From a virus (Duplodnaviria > Caudoviricetes), in the IMG/VR virus record IMGVR_UViG_3300011560_000001, positions 1 through 64,000 of that record: a stretch of 64,000 nt of DNA; one strand, given 5' to 3'. Position 1 is the stretch's first letter, and each line of letters begins with the position of its first letter. A model generated the notes under the pieces. It was given only the letters and a program-made list of their open reading frames with translations. It was not told where the DNA came from and ran no database searches. Both the position numbers and the translations under genes were made by a program. Shown here one piece after another: positions 29,366 through 39,013 of this stretch.

Positions 29366-30923
29366 ACTTGATCGAAAAATCAATGACGTATACGCGACGG
29401 TAACACGTCCGGTTGCAATCGCGGTGTTACGGCAGATCAGCGAGCTTTGCGGGTGGGATTATAGTCGGGAGAACATTCTTTTTCGAGGGGAGGCTCTTCA
29501 CGCTAAAATGAGTGCTGCGAACGAGCAACCGCCGCAAGTTGTTGATCAGGATGTAAAGGGGCCTGCTGACGGGTTTATCCAAATTGAGCTTAATATTGTC
29601 CCCGAAGAACAGGCCTCTATGTACGATACCGTTTACAAACGAAACAGTCTTCCCGTATTTGAAGACCGTAACCTTGGCGTATCGCTAGTACCTGTTTACA
29701 GTACGATGGTTGCAACCATGCAGATCACCAAACGGTTCGAAGATCAGGTCACCGCCGAACGTTGGTGGTACGACATGAAACGTTTGCTGACAAGTCAGCA
29801 CGTCGCTGCCTTCCTTAGCGCCGAATACAGCTATGCGATCCCAACACAGTTTCTCATGTTGTTAAAAGTTATTCATACACACCGGGAAGCAATAGCGGGT
29901 TACGGGGATAAGTTCAGCGAATACCTTAGAGACGGGTTCGACAACCGCGCAACCACCATGACGACGGTTGCAGGTGACGGTAAGAGCGTTAAATTGGTTA
30001 TCAGGGAAATGCAAGAAGAGATCTCTGGTCAATTTGATTTCACCGACGCTCCGAAGCCAGAGAAGAATGAGAACAGTTCTTCGTACAACGCAACCTTCTC
30101 TTACCGTTACACGTACGACACGCCAACACATATCGTAGCACGGTATCCTGTTCAAGTACACCAACAGATACTCCCCGAAGAGTACCTTTACAAACCGAGC
30201 CTCTCAGTGCGCGATAAATCCCGTGCCCGTCGTGGTGGTATGGTGGTGCAGTATCAGGACATTCTTCGTGATTCGTTCTTGCCCGAGCAGGGTGCATCGA
30301 TTCAAGCGTATCGGTATCCCGATTTGGATGAATGGTTGCCTCCATCGAGCGTGGAAACCGAGCTTCCATCGAGCACGCTTTTCACCGCACTACTCGCTAT
30401 CGATCCTGAACAACCTAACCTATTGGTGACGTTGGACTCGTTAGCCGAAGAAGGTGAATTCCACCCCGATCTTGTTCGGTGGTTCCGTGAGTACCCAGAA
30501 TGGTCAAAATGCCATTACCAATCTCCTTTTTTCCTTGAGGTTTGGAAGGGTAAATACCGCTACGCAAGAGACGCGTGGACATTAACCGACGTTGGTGATC
30601 TTGAAGCGAAAGATCCGTTAGACTTACGGAGTGATTACCACGTTCGTCTAGCGATACTGTTAGATTTAAGCCAGTTACAGGTTGAGACGCTTGAAGCGTT
30701 GTGTTGTTATCCCAATCTGGTGGATGAACTGTTTGCGGTATTAGGTTTAGATAAAAAGTACTGGCCTAAGAAGAACAGCCGGGGATGTTATACGCTAATC
30801 GGGCTTATCGAAGCCATCAAACGTATCCCAACAACCGCTTCATGGTTCAAACATCGTAGTTTATTCGTACCGAGAATTCTTGTCGGTACCATCGTAGGAG
30901 TGAAACGCTATGGCGCTCGCTAA
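29358..30923 (+). CDS. virion structural protein (neck/tail; phiKZ gp98-like by synteny)
   Basis: GAGG RBS before ATG 29358; first of four coupled structural-type genes. Confidence 0.55.
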   Translation: MPKLDRKINDVYATVTRPVAIAVLRQISELCGWDYSRENILFRGEALHAKMSAANEQPPQVVDQDVKGPADGFIQIELNIVPEEQASMYDTVYKRNSLPVFEDRNLGVSLVPVYSTMVATMQITKRFEDQVTAERWWYDMKRLLTSQHVAAFLSAEYSYAIPTQFLMLLKVIHTHREAIAGYGDKFSEYLRDGFDNRATTMTTVAGDGKSVKLVIREMQEEISGQFDFTDAPKPEKNENSSSYNATFSYRYTYDTPTHIVARYPVQVHQQILPEEYLYKPSLSVRDKSRARRGGMVVQYQDILRDSFLPEQGASIQAYRYPDLDEWLPPSSVETELPSSTLFTALLAIDPEQPNLLVTLDSLAEEGEFHPDLVRWFREYPEWSKCHYQSPFFLEVWKGKYRYARDAWTLTDVGDLEAKDPLDLRSDYHVRLAILLDLSQLQVETLEALCCYPNLVDELFAVLGLDKKYWPKKNSRGCYTLIGLIEAIKRIPTTASWFKHRSLFVPRILVGTIVGVKRYGAR

Positions 30924-32226
30924 GAAGCCCGCGAAACCCATCATCAACCCCCAACAGCCCGCGAAGGCTCGCGACGATGTTTATCGTTCTGCGGTGGTGG
31001 ATGAGCAATACAATAGTCAAATCGGGTTAGTGAATTACGCATCCGGTTATTCCGTCGAATGTGATTATTACGAACAGATTCTCGGTCGCGATGATGAACA
31101 AAGTAGTTTTCAAGCTAACCGTGATATCGCTGAACAGCAGTACCGTCGCATCAGACATTACCCTATCAAGTTAATGTCATCATTGACGCCGTCGTACGAC
31201 AACGGTACCGCACGTTTTCAATCCGAGGGTACGTGCATACTTCCGGCAGTATCCGTTCCTCTTTTAGGTAACATGCTGTTAATCTCCGGTCTTGATCATC
31301 GTATCGCGGTGTACACTATCACCAGAATCACACCGAAGAACATCAGCTTAGCACCGGCTTACGAATGCGATATTTCCTTCCAGCGTATTCTTGACGAAAA
31401 ACAGCTTATCGAACTGGAAGCGAAAATCGTTGAGGATACACTATACGACCAAGACCAGTTAAAGCACGGAAAACATCCCGTAATGGCAACGGAGAAATAC
31501 AATCGTAAGTATGATTATCTCCGTCGTGCGCTGGGGCTTTGTCACGCGTATTACCACGAATTTTACAGCCGTGAATTAAACACACTGCTTGTTCCTGGTC
31601 AAGATGCGGCAACCTACGATCCCTGGTGTGTTAACGCGTTTACGAAATTATGGTCGTCGCTTGAAGGAAAACCCTCATGGAACTTCGGACGTCTTAACGT
31701 AGACGACAGCCAGGAAGCGAATGCGATTTCTGTCTTTGAATGGGTCATGGACGGACGTCGGGAAGACGAGGCGCGGTTGACGGTGAAATTCACACTGTTG
31801 TCAACAAAGCGTTTCTATCAGTACCCAGCTGCAGGCGGGATTCGTTTTAGTGGTGCGCGGTTCTGTATGTGGCCTGCGACCACGTCGCTCGGTGAAGACG
31901 TAGGTAAAGAGTTGGCTGTACCTGAAAACACGCCACCGACAAATCCGTTGGTGACCAACCTTACATCGATGGAGTATGACGACGTTCCGTTATTTCCATC
32001 GGTAACAGACGATCCGTACTATGTTTTCACAGAGGCTTTCTATCGCAACCAAGCCCCAATGACAATCATTGAGAGTATGGTGCGTGATATGGTCGACGAG
32101 AAAGCGATCAGTCATCCAGCATTGAAACAGATGGTTGACGCATTGCCGTTGCTTTCTCCGCTGGATCGTTATTATTTCACACCGTTCGTTATTATGCTGT
32201 TACGAGCAGGAGCTATTGAACCATGA
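30910..32226 (+). CDS. virion structural protein (phiKZ gp99-like by synteny)
   Basis: AGGAG RBS; overlaps both neighbours. Confidence 0.55.
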   Translation: MALAKKPAKPIINPQQPAKARDDVYRSAVVDEQYNSQIGLVNYASGYSVECDYYEQILGRDDEQSSFQANRDIAEQQYRRIRHYPIKLMSSLTPSYDNGTARFQSEGTCILPAVSVPLLGNMLLISGLDHRIAVYTITRITPKNISLAPAYECDISFQRILDEKQLIELEAKIVEDTLYDQDQLKHGKHPVMATEKYNRKYDYLRRALGLCHAYYHEFYSRELNTLLVPGQDAATYDPWCVNAFTKLWSSLEGKPSWNFGRLNVDDSQEANAISVFEWVMDGRREDEARLTVKFTLLSTKRFYQYPAAGGIRFSGARFCMWPATTSLGEDVGKELAVPENTPPTNPLVTNLTSMEYDDVPLFPSVTDDPYYVFTEAFYRNQAPMTIIESMVRDMVDEKAISHPALKQMVDALPLLSPLDRYYFTPFVIMLLRAGAIEP

Positions 32227-32828
32227 GTCTACAACACGTTAAAGATACTCCAACCAAACGTCTATTTGAACGTAAATTCGAATTCTGGATTCCCCGTAAA
32301 TTCATGGTGGATAATTACACCAACGAAGTCAGCGGTGTCTACTCTTCAGGGGTTGCAGAAATCGACGATATGACCATGAACGAAGAGGTGCCCGCACAAC
32401 TCACGGTACCGCAGGCTGCTGAAAAACATTCTCGTGGTGTCCCTATGCGTATTGCAAATCCTGACGTGAACGCCATGAAGATGTTCATGCTTCTTCTGGA
32501 ACACACGGAATACGTTAAATACAATCTTGAAAACGACCCTAATGCGCGCGTACCGTCTCTCGAAGCCAGTCGTATTCTCGAAGAGTTCATGGGTGGTCTG
32601 TGGAACGTTGCACGCGGTCGCATTAAAGACCCAACCGAAATGAGCGGATTATCTTCACGTTTGCGTGAAATCGGTCAGCGCCGTAAAATCGGCATCAACC
32701 GCGCACGTCGTGGTGGTCTCAATGCAGGCCCAACCGTTGAAGAGCAACTGCAAGCGGTTCGTCACAGCGAATTCCGTGGTACGAAGATCGAAGAATTCAT
32801 CATTCAACAACAGCAACGGGGTCGTTAA
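32223..32828 (+). CDS. conserved hypothetical protein (201 aa)
   Basis: ATGA overlap, AGGAG RBS. Confidence 0.6.
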   Translation: MSLQHVKDTPTKRLFERKFEFWIPRKFMVDNYTNEVSGVYSSGVAEIDDMTMNEEVPAQLTVPQAAEKHSRGVPMRIANPDVNAMKMFMLLLEHTEYVKYNLENDPNARVPSLEASRILEEFMGGLWNVARGRIKDPTEMSGLSSRLREIGQRRKIGINRARRGGLNAGPTVEEQLQAVRHSEFRGTKIEEFIIQQQQRGR

Positions 32829-32830
32829 AC

Positions 32831-34198
32831 ATGGATTACAAACAGACGCCGTTAGGACGGTATATCGGTACATTTGCGCAGGAAGCAGTTGCTGTTGCGT
32901 ATAAAGTCACCGCGGAATTAATCACGCCGTCAATGACGGTGTCTGTTCCTTTAGTGACTCAAGTCCACACGTATCGAGACTATGAACGTAACGCTGGAGA
33001 TGAACTCTATATCTCTGTAAAGTTCCCGCCCGGCAGTTACGGAAAATACATCTTACCGCACCAACAACAACTTAAAATGCGCATCATCGTGCAGGCGTAC
33101 AGCCTGATGCGCGGACAACGCCAAACCGTAGACGATGCCGCACAAGCTTACGTCTACCGAGCGGTTTGTTTAACAACCGTAGACAGTCGTATGTCTGCTA
33201 CCGACGAACGTACCGCAACCGATTCTTCGAAGAAAGACTACGAACAAATGGTCGATCTTCAATTTCAACTGTTCGATCCTGTTCTTGAAAGCTTCATGCA
33301 ATCAGAAACCGGTGAAAACTATACCGGGTCGAAAGTGCTGGATGTGTTACGGCTCGAATTCAGCAAGATACTTTCTGCGGTTGAAGCCGACACCGGGTTC
33401 AAAATGCAGGGCGTGGATATTGTTGCACCGAATAACGACAACCTGTTCAAGTTGCTTATTCTTCCGCACGGTACCAACGCAATGGATCTCGTAGACAAAA
33501 TCCAGAACCAGGTCGGTATTTATTCGGCGGATGTCGGTTGTTATTACCAATCTCCGTATCTGTATATTTATCCTCTCTATGACGAAACCCGTTTCTCTGA
33601 CGGTCGGCGCACGGCTATCTTTTACAACTATCCTGCCGATATGTTTCCGGGTATGGACAAGACCTGGATCAATCGTGACAAATACGTGGAAATTGCATGT
33701 ACGAGAGGGGCGTCGGTAAGCGACATCAATAACGCGGCTTCGTTGTTAGGTAATGCGGGTGGGCGTTTTGTTTCGGCAAGTCAGATGAGTCAGGGAATGA
33801 CATTATCAAAAGGGGGCGATACAATAATCAGTCGTACTGTAAACGTTAGCGAGTACGTAACTGAAGAACGTAGCGATAACGTGAAGGTGGCGAAAGGGAT
33901 GGGACGCGTAACCGATAACCGATGGCGTGAATTAAGTAATACTGCTGGATTACGCGGTAGAACAATGCAGTTGGTGTGGGAATACGCAAACATGGATTTG
34001 TTGTATCCTGGCATGCCTGCTAAAGTTGTGTGGATGCAGGATAACAATCTCTGCGAAGCATACGGGGTTATCATGCGTACCGATTGCGCTGTAACGATGG
34101 CAGGTTCTTCTGTACGTGAACCGCAGTGGACATGCCATGGTACGGTCACGTTATGGCTTGCACCAGAAAAAGACAACACCGTTCGTCCAACCGTTTAG
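32831..34198 (+). CDS. baseplate hub-like structural protein (phiKZ gp101-like by synteny)
   Basis: C-terminal LVWE...LLYPGMPAKV hub-type beta motif; IQNQVGIY motif. Confidence 0.55.
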   Translation: MDYKQTPLGRYIGTFAQEAVAVAYKVTAELITPSMTVSVPLVTQVHTYRDYERNAGDELYISVKFPPGSYGKYILPHQQQLKMRIIVQAYSLMRGQRQTVDDAAQAYVYRAVCLTTVDSRMSATDERTATDSSKKDYEQMVDLQFQLFDPVLESFMQSETGENYTGSKVLDVLRLEFSKILSAVEADTGFKMQGVDIVAPNNDNLFKLLILPHGTNAMDLVDKIQNQVGIYSADVGCYYQSPYLYIYPLYDETRFSDGRRTAIFYNYPADMFPGMDKTWINRDKYVEIACTRGASVSDINNAASLLGNAGGRFVSASQMSQGMTLSKGGDTIISRTVNVSEYVTEERSDNVKVAKGMGRVTDNRWRELSNTAGLRGRTMQLVWEYANMDLLYPGMPAKVVWMQDNNLCEAYGVIMRTDCAVTMAGSSVREPQWTCHGTVTLWLAPEKDNTVRPTV

Positions 34199-34214
34199 CT
34201 GTAGTGAGTACATC

Positions 34215-34847
34215 ATGCTTTCGGAGATTAAGAAATTAAACCAATGGATATTCAACAAGGAAATCATCAAATTCCTTCCTATTGATTTGCGTAATGTTAA
34301 CTGGGCTATCGTCAATAAATATAGCGCGTATCCCAACCTAATGGAACTTGCGGCAAAGTGGAACATCCAAGCAGATTATGAATTGGCTGAAGAACTTAAA
34401 CCTTTGAAAATATTGGTTGACCGTTTACAACCCGTTCATCGTCATCAAAAGGCCATCTTGTATCGCGGTGTGTTTCCAGACACGATGAAAGAAGAATGGA
34501 ATATCTTCGACGTGCCAATTGCGTCGATTCGGAAAATGAAGCCGGGTGAAACGATGGGAATGACTTTGGATTTCCCTGTTTCGTTCACAGATACTCCAAA
34601 TATCGCACGGCGGTTTGGTAACGTACTTATCCGATATGATGCAACACCACACATCGGTGAGTACCTCCGTTTCACCGATGAGCTTCAAGTCGCCATGTTC
34701 CAATTTCTGACGGGTTCTGCCCGCATCGATGAGCGAGAAGACAACGTCCCGCTATCGCAACGCGAATATGTCTCATTGCCATCAGCACCAATAACCTTCC
34801 AAGTTGAGATCGTTCGTAACACTCCTGGTTCCTTCGATCATTGGTGA
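34215..34847 (+). CDS. putative ADP-ribosyltransferase (R-S-E clade)
   Basis: ILYRG (R), PVSFTD...IARRFG (S-x-T) and SQREYV (Q-x-E) occur in the canonical ART order; start taken at MLSEIK. Confidence 0.65.
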   Translation: MLSEIKKLNQWIFNKEIIKFLPIDLRNVNWAIVNKYSAYPNLMELAAKWNIQADYELAEELKPLKILVDRLQPVHRHQKAILYRGVFPDTMKEEWNIFDVPIASIRKMKPGETMGMTLDFPVSFTDTPNIARRFGNVLIRYDATPHIGEYLRFTDELQVAMFQFLTGSARIDEREDNVPLSQREYVSLPSAPITFQVEIVRNTPGSFDHW

Positions 34848-34853
34848 TATATC

Positions 34854-34885
34854 CCCTCTCCCTTCCCTGACGGGTTGGGAGAGGG
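34854..34885. terminator. 32-nt hairpin family copy 4
   Basis: CCCTCTCCC-TT-CCC-TGAC-GGG-TT-GGGAGAGGG then TTCTATG. Confidence 0.75.
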
Positions 34886-34929
34886 TTCTATGCTGTCTTA
34901 TTTCGCATTACTCCAGTTTATTTCACGAC

Positions 34930-34945
34930 TACATTACCTAGGTGA
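34930..34945 (+). promoter_or_regulatory. candidate phage (early-type) promoter, copy A
   Basis: TACATTACCTAGGTGA is identical to 41409-41424; the core TACATTAC is one mismatch from the phiKZ early consensus TATATTAC. Confidence 0.6.
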
Positions 34946-35000
34946 TAACAGCGGTTACTGTTATCGCTGTAAATTTCTCTTAATAATCGAGGATACAGTC

Positions 35001-35078
35001 ATGACCTTATTAATACGCGACCCGTCAGAATACGAAAACACGCGTTATAACCATAACCAGTTCGGCAATAATTTCTAA
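35001..35078 (+). CDS. 25-aa leader/small peptide MTLLIRDPSEYENTRYNHNQFGNNF
   Basis: GAGGA RBS 7 nt before the ATG; first ORF after the candidate promoter. Confidence 0.4.
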   Translation: MTLLIRDPSEYENTRYNHNQFGNNF

Positions 35079-35147
35079 CATAGAACGATCAATCTATGCA
35101 TTGATTCTTCTATCCGCAATCCACCTAACATAGAAAGGTAAAATACG

Positions 35148-35717
35148 ATGTTTAATCCAGAAATCATGATTCTTGATCCTTGGTACCTCAACAAACTTCC
35201 AGGAATCAAAATGCCAGGTGACCCTCACGCATTTGATTTGATGGTTGTTGCTGAAGTTACCAGCAACACGGTTAACACCATCGACGATGACGAGGTTCCT
35301 GTTGAAGAGGTGTTCTCTGTTACGACGACATTACTGGAAAGTCGCGAGCTGACCGAAAACGGCAGCGCCGATGAAATCATTCCTATCGATGGTGAGATGG
35401 AGATCATGTTAACACAGGTCGAGTTGCAACATCGTGTCGCACCAACAAAAGACACGCCGTATGACAATGAACCTGCAGAACAACCTGATGAAAACGGTCG
35501 AGTGAAACTTGCTGACATCGACGACGATGCTCTCGAAGAGATCGACGAAAACGAAGAAACGAACTTCTACCAAGCTGAAGCGAAAGAAGCGTTTGATAAA
35601 GCGGTTCAGCAAGATCGACGCATCACCGAGAAGATGATTCAGCAACAACTTATCGGTAAACGTCTTAAGCTCGAATTCGCAAGCGGGGTGCTTACTACCT
35701 GGTCACTCATCGTCTAA
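35148..35717 (+). CDS. acidic hypothetical protein (189 aa)
   Basis: AAAGGT RBS; D/E-rich. Confidence 0.7.
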   Translation: MFNPEIMILDPWYLNKLPGIKMPGDPHAFDLMVVAEVTSNTVNTIDDDEVPVEEVFSVTTTLLESRELTENGSADEIIPIDGEMEIMLTQVELQHRVAPTKDTPYDNEPAEQPDENGRVKLADIDDDALEEIDENEETNFYQAEAKEAFDKAVQQDRRITEKMIQQQLIGKRLKLEFASGVLTTWSLIV

Positions 35718-35787
35718 AACCGAAACAACGTTTTCATTTCCCAATCACATACCCAACAATCTAAATCCAATTAAGAGGACAACATCT

Positions 35788-36189
35788 ATGTTTAATATTC
35801 TTAGTGTACCACGTTCCCCTGTCAGTTCTTACTTCGGTATTATGACCAGTAAAGAACACAATGTGGAATATACTGTTATCGCTAAAGATCCATCACCGAT
35901 CAACGTAACGTTTGCTGAAGGTACTACCGAACTCGTTCCGTTAAATGGCGAATTCAGTAAACCTGTTAACGGCGTCTACGAACTTATCACTCGCGATCCG
36001 AATAACAACGCGACCTACCGTGTGGTGTGTGCGTTCAACAATAACAAACTGGTTATTGTTGCGGATAGCCGTGGGTTATCGTGGATGGCTGAGGAAGGCA
36101 CACATCGTTACTACGAAGAGTGCTTACGAACCGCAGGCATCTACGATCTGGTAATGGACGCCCGTGCTAAAAACGACCGTATGTTTTAA
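35788..36189 (+). CDS. hypothetical protein (133 aa)
   Basis: GAGGA RBS. Confidence 0.7.
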   Translation: MFNILSVPRSPVSSYFGIMTSKEHNVEYTVIAKDPSPINVTFAEGTTELVPLNGEFSKPVNGVYELITRDPNNNATYRVVCAFNNNKLVIVADSRGLSWMAEEGTHRYYEECLRTAGIYDLVMDARAKNDRMF

Positions 36190-36195
36190 ATTATC

Positions 36196-36522
36196 ATGAT
36201 TACTCGAGAAATCATTTACGACGCTATTATCGAATGCCGCCATCGTGTCATGCGTGGAACGGTATACAACTACCACTTAAACAACATTATCAGTGAATGT
36301 ACGGCGGTGATGACTAGCGCGCTGGGTAAACCTAGCGCTATCGCACTTTATCCAAACATCACTGAACAGGAGCAAATCAATATCGAAAACCAACGTCGAG
36401 TGAATCGCCAATACGATGTAACGGCTATGCACGCATGGCTTATCGTCGCAGCGAAACTCAACACACTTCTCAATGAGAATGGTTGGAAATTCTCACCAAG
36501 CGAATTTATGACAATAAGTTAA
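36196..36522 (+). CDS. hypothetical protein (108 aa)
   Basis: Coupled ORF ending at the hairpin terminator. Confidence 0.6.
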   Translation: MITREIIYDAIIECRHRVMRGTVYNYHLNNIISECTAVMTSALGKPSAIALYPNITEQEQINIENQRRVNRQYDVTAMHAWLIVAAKLNTLLNENGWKFSPSEFMTIS

Positions 36523-36537
36523 TCGTAGCGGTCATAA

Positions 36538-36569
36538 CCCTCCTCCTTCCCTGACGGGTTGGAGGAGGG
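36538..36569. terminator. 32-nt hairpin family copy 5 (convergent junction)
   Basis: CCCTCCTCC-TT-CCC-TGAC-GGG-TT-GGAGGAGGG, CATA upstream, T8 tract downstream. Confidence 0.75.
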
Positions 36570-36593
36570 AACCGTACAATCTTTTTTTTGCGT

Positions 36594-38204
36594 TTAAAAT
36601 TCTAAATCAAATTGTAATTCATTACTCGGTGCTGCGTTTTCATCGAACTTGTTCCATGGACCTTTGCCTCCCTCGGAGACTGGTTGTCCGCCAACCTTAC
36701 GGCAGTATACTGCTTTCTTACCGTAATCATCAGGAAGCATCCCGATGGTTTGGAATGGCATCGTGAAATGTTTATCCTCAGGTTTCGTTGAACCGTTATC
36801 CGGTTGACGGTCTTTCCCTAACGCAAAGACCTGCCAGCTTTGACGCTTACCCGGTTCCTTAACGATATCAACAATCACTTCAAGATCGATCTCACGGTCA
36901 ATCCCTTTACAACCATCCCAGTAACTTAATCCTGCGACTTGGTCAACAAACTCTTCATCGTTACCATCACGTGCACGCATCTTCGCGTCGGATGACAGCT
37001 GATGTACGGTCATACCTAAAATACGTTTAACACTGCAGAGGTTACGAACTTTGTTGAAGAGTTCTTGGAGCCATGCGCCGGTCGGTCCATTTCTATCCAG
37101 CCCTTCCGATGAGAACATTTTCAGATAGTCAATGAACAACGCCATGACCTCATAACCCATGCGTTCGAAATGGTCGATGAGATTAGCGAGTTGTTTGTAA
37201 CTCATCCCATCAACACGACGCATACAAACAGAGAAACCCGCATCGTTGAACACCTTCAACACATAACGTGATGCCTCGCGAGGGTCAATCTTACGAATAT
37301 CGACATATTCGCCTGTTTCCTGTTCTCGCATGTTCTTGTATATCTGAAGCGTGTTTTCTTCTACTTCGTTTTCCGTCGACAAATGAATCAGTAATGCTTT
37401 CTTTGCTCGCTCCGGAAAAAAGAAATGAGGTTTATTGTACAATGCCAGATGCGTGAACAGTTTTAACAACACGCCCGACTTATTTCGGTGCTGCATCGCA
37501 CCAATCAGTCCTAAGGTACCGCGACGTAAAACGCCGACCGACCCCAACATTTTATTAAAGCCTTGCCAGCCGGTTACAAATCCACCTTCAGGACTGTTAC
37601 GTTCCATCGCTTTGACGAACATACGTTCGACTTTCTCGATATCGTCTTCGCTGTCAGCGATAAAGCCGTCAATCATACACGACATCTCTTCGGGATTTTC
37701 GGTATCCATTTCGATACTGTCTAGCGATAATTTCAGATTCGCCATCGCATCGAAAAATTCTTTATCCCCAAGTCGCCCGTTACTGATATCCATGTACGTG
37801 TTTCTAAAGGTTTCGAAAACACGTCGGCGGGTAACCAGGTTACGCAATTCGTTGTAATAAAGCGAACAGACCTTACTGATATGAGCATCGTCTTCGATAT
37901 CGTACAGTCCGTCGGCAAGAATCTCGTAAAGATTGCTTTGCTCAAGGCAATCTAAACGTATCCTTTGTAACAACTGTTGTTTGTCGAAAGGTTCCGATAA
38001 CGGTTGTTCCAGCATCCAATGAATGGTATTCATCAGGTTGTTGAAAACCTCTCTATCTATGTCCGTAGCGAGATGGTTTTTCGGGGGTTCGACTTTATCT
38101 AAGACGGATTTAACATGGTCGATCGTACTGGGATCGGGATGGTTCAATTGTGCGTTACGAAACAGTAACGTAATAATCTTAATGGCTATCTGTTTTGGGT
38201 CCAT
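36594..38204 (-). CDS. DnaB-like (SF4) replicative helicase (phiKZ gp118-like)
   Basis: TGWQGFNKMLG, variant Walker A GAMQHRNKSG, H1a LSTEN, Walker B FIDYL, H3 TVHQLS; start at MDPKQ with an AAGGA RBS. Confidence 0.88.
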   Translation of the reverse strand: MDPKQIAIKIITLLFRNAQLNHPDPSTIDHVKSVLDKVEPPKNHLATDIDREVFNNLMNTIHWMLEQPLSEPFDKQQLLQRIRLDCLEQSNLYEILADGLYDIEDDAHISKVCSLYYNELRNLVTRRRVFETFRNTYMDISNGRLGDKEFFDAMANLKLSLDSIEMDTENPEEMSCMIDGFIADSEDDIEKVERMFVKAMERNSPEGGFVTGWQGFNKMLGSVGVLRRGTLGLIGAMQHRNKSGVLLKLFTHLALYNKPHFFFPERAKKALLIHLSTENEVEENTLQIYKNMREQETGEYVDIRKIDPREASRYVLKVFNDAGFSVCMRRVDGMSYKQLANLIDHFERMGYEVMALFIDYLKMFSSEGLDRNGPTGAWLQELFNKVRNLCSVKRILGMTVHQLSSDAKMRARDGNDEEFVDQVAGLSYWDGCKGIDREIDLEVIVDIVKEPGKRQSWQVFALGKDRQPDNGSTKPEDKHFTMPFQTIGMLPDDYGKKAVYCRKVGGQPVSEGGKGPWNKFDENAAPSNELQFDLEF

Positions 38205-38243
38205 CGACTCAATCCTTTCGATACTTGCAAAGAGGTAATCATA

Positions 38244-38864
38244 ATGAAGGAACTCCGATATCTCGTCGTTCCGAATTGGGTAGAACACGCGATTATTCGA
38301 AATGCGCGTGATGACTTACAGGTGTTATTGGATCCTAAAAGTCTTTTCGGCATACTATCGCCCAATGATGTAGGTTTTTATTTCGCGGCTCAAAACGTGC
38401 CTTTCTTCATCACGAAAGAACACGAACAAGCGAACCCTGCGGTTCATCTTAACAACCTGCTTGGTGGTATGTTTGCGTATCACTATGACGAAACAGGTTT
38501 GCCGCCAGAGAAGAATGTTGATGTGCTGTGTGAGTACATCAATCGTTATGACAATGGTTATTACCATTTACTGACGAGCTATCCGCGTGATATTGAACGT
38601 CGTTTGGCGGATCCAACTTACAGCCCAGACAAACGTCCGTTGAGTGTTCGGGTGCGTTATGTTAATGAGGATGTGATCGCGATTGTTGTCGATTGTCTTC
38701 CTTTATTGGCAGAAGAGTTATTGAGCGATCGTATTGCTGATAACTACAGCGCCGTTATTGAACATCTGCGAATTAATATGAGTCTTGCGGAAGTTGCGCA
38801 ATTGCCGCTGTTCCGTTCATATTGCACCAATCGTTCCATCCATTATCGCCTGCGTCGTTTGTGA
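38244..38864 (+). CDS. conserved hypothetical/virion protein preceding the MCP
   Basis: GAGGT RBS; lies between the helicase and the MCP as in phiKZ-like phages. Confidence 0.65.
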   Translation: MKELRYLVVPNWVEHAIIRNARDDLQVLLDPKSLFGILSPNDVGFYFAAQNVPFFITKEHEQANPAVHLNNLLGGMFAYHYDETGLPPEKNVDVLCEYINRYDNGYYHLLTSYPRDIERRLADPTYSPDKRPLSVRVRYVNEDVIAIVVDCLPLLAEELLSDRIADNYSAVIEHLRINMSLAEVAQLPLFRSYCTNRSIHYRLRRL

Positions 38865-39013
38865 CGTAGGGAAAAGTTATGCGGCATTTTTAGTGTTGTA
38901 TCACAACCTCAATAACGGTAAGTGTTTACTGATACTATAGTGGCGCATGCACGCGTGTACGCTATGGTCTATCGACCGACTTATATAAGTTAATTCTGTA
39001 AAGGATACTTTCA

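Noticed and set aside
34875-35000. 5' part of the 67-aa ORF 34875-35078 (likewise 11990-12190 and 56936-57130)
   Set aside because: The starts fall inside terminator hairpins; only the ATG at 35001 has an RBS.
37470-37505. Non-canonical helicase Walker A (GAMQHRNKSG) as a sign of inactivation
   Set aside because: The Lys-Ser is retained, all other SF4 motifs are intact, and this variant is typical of phiKZ-like DnaB proteins.
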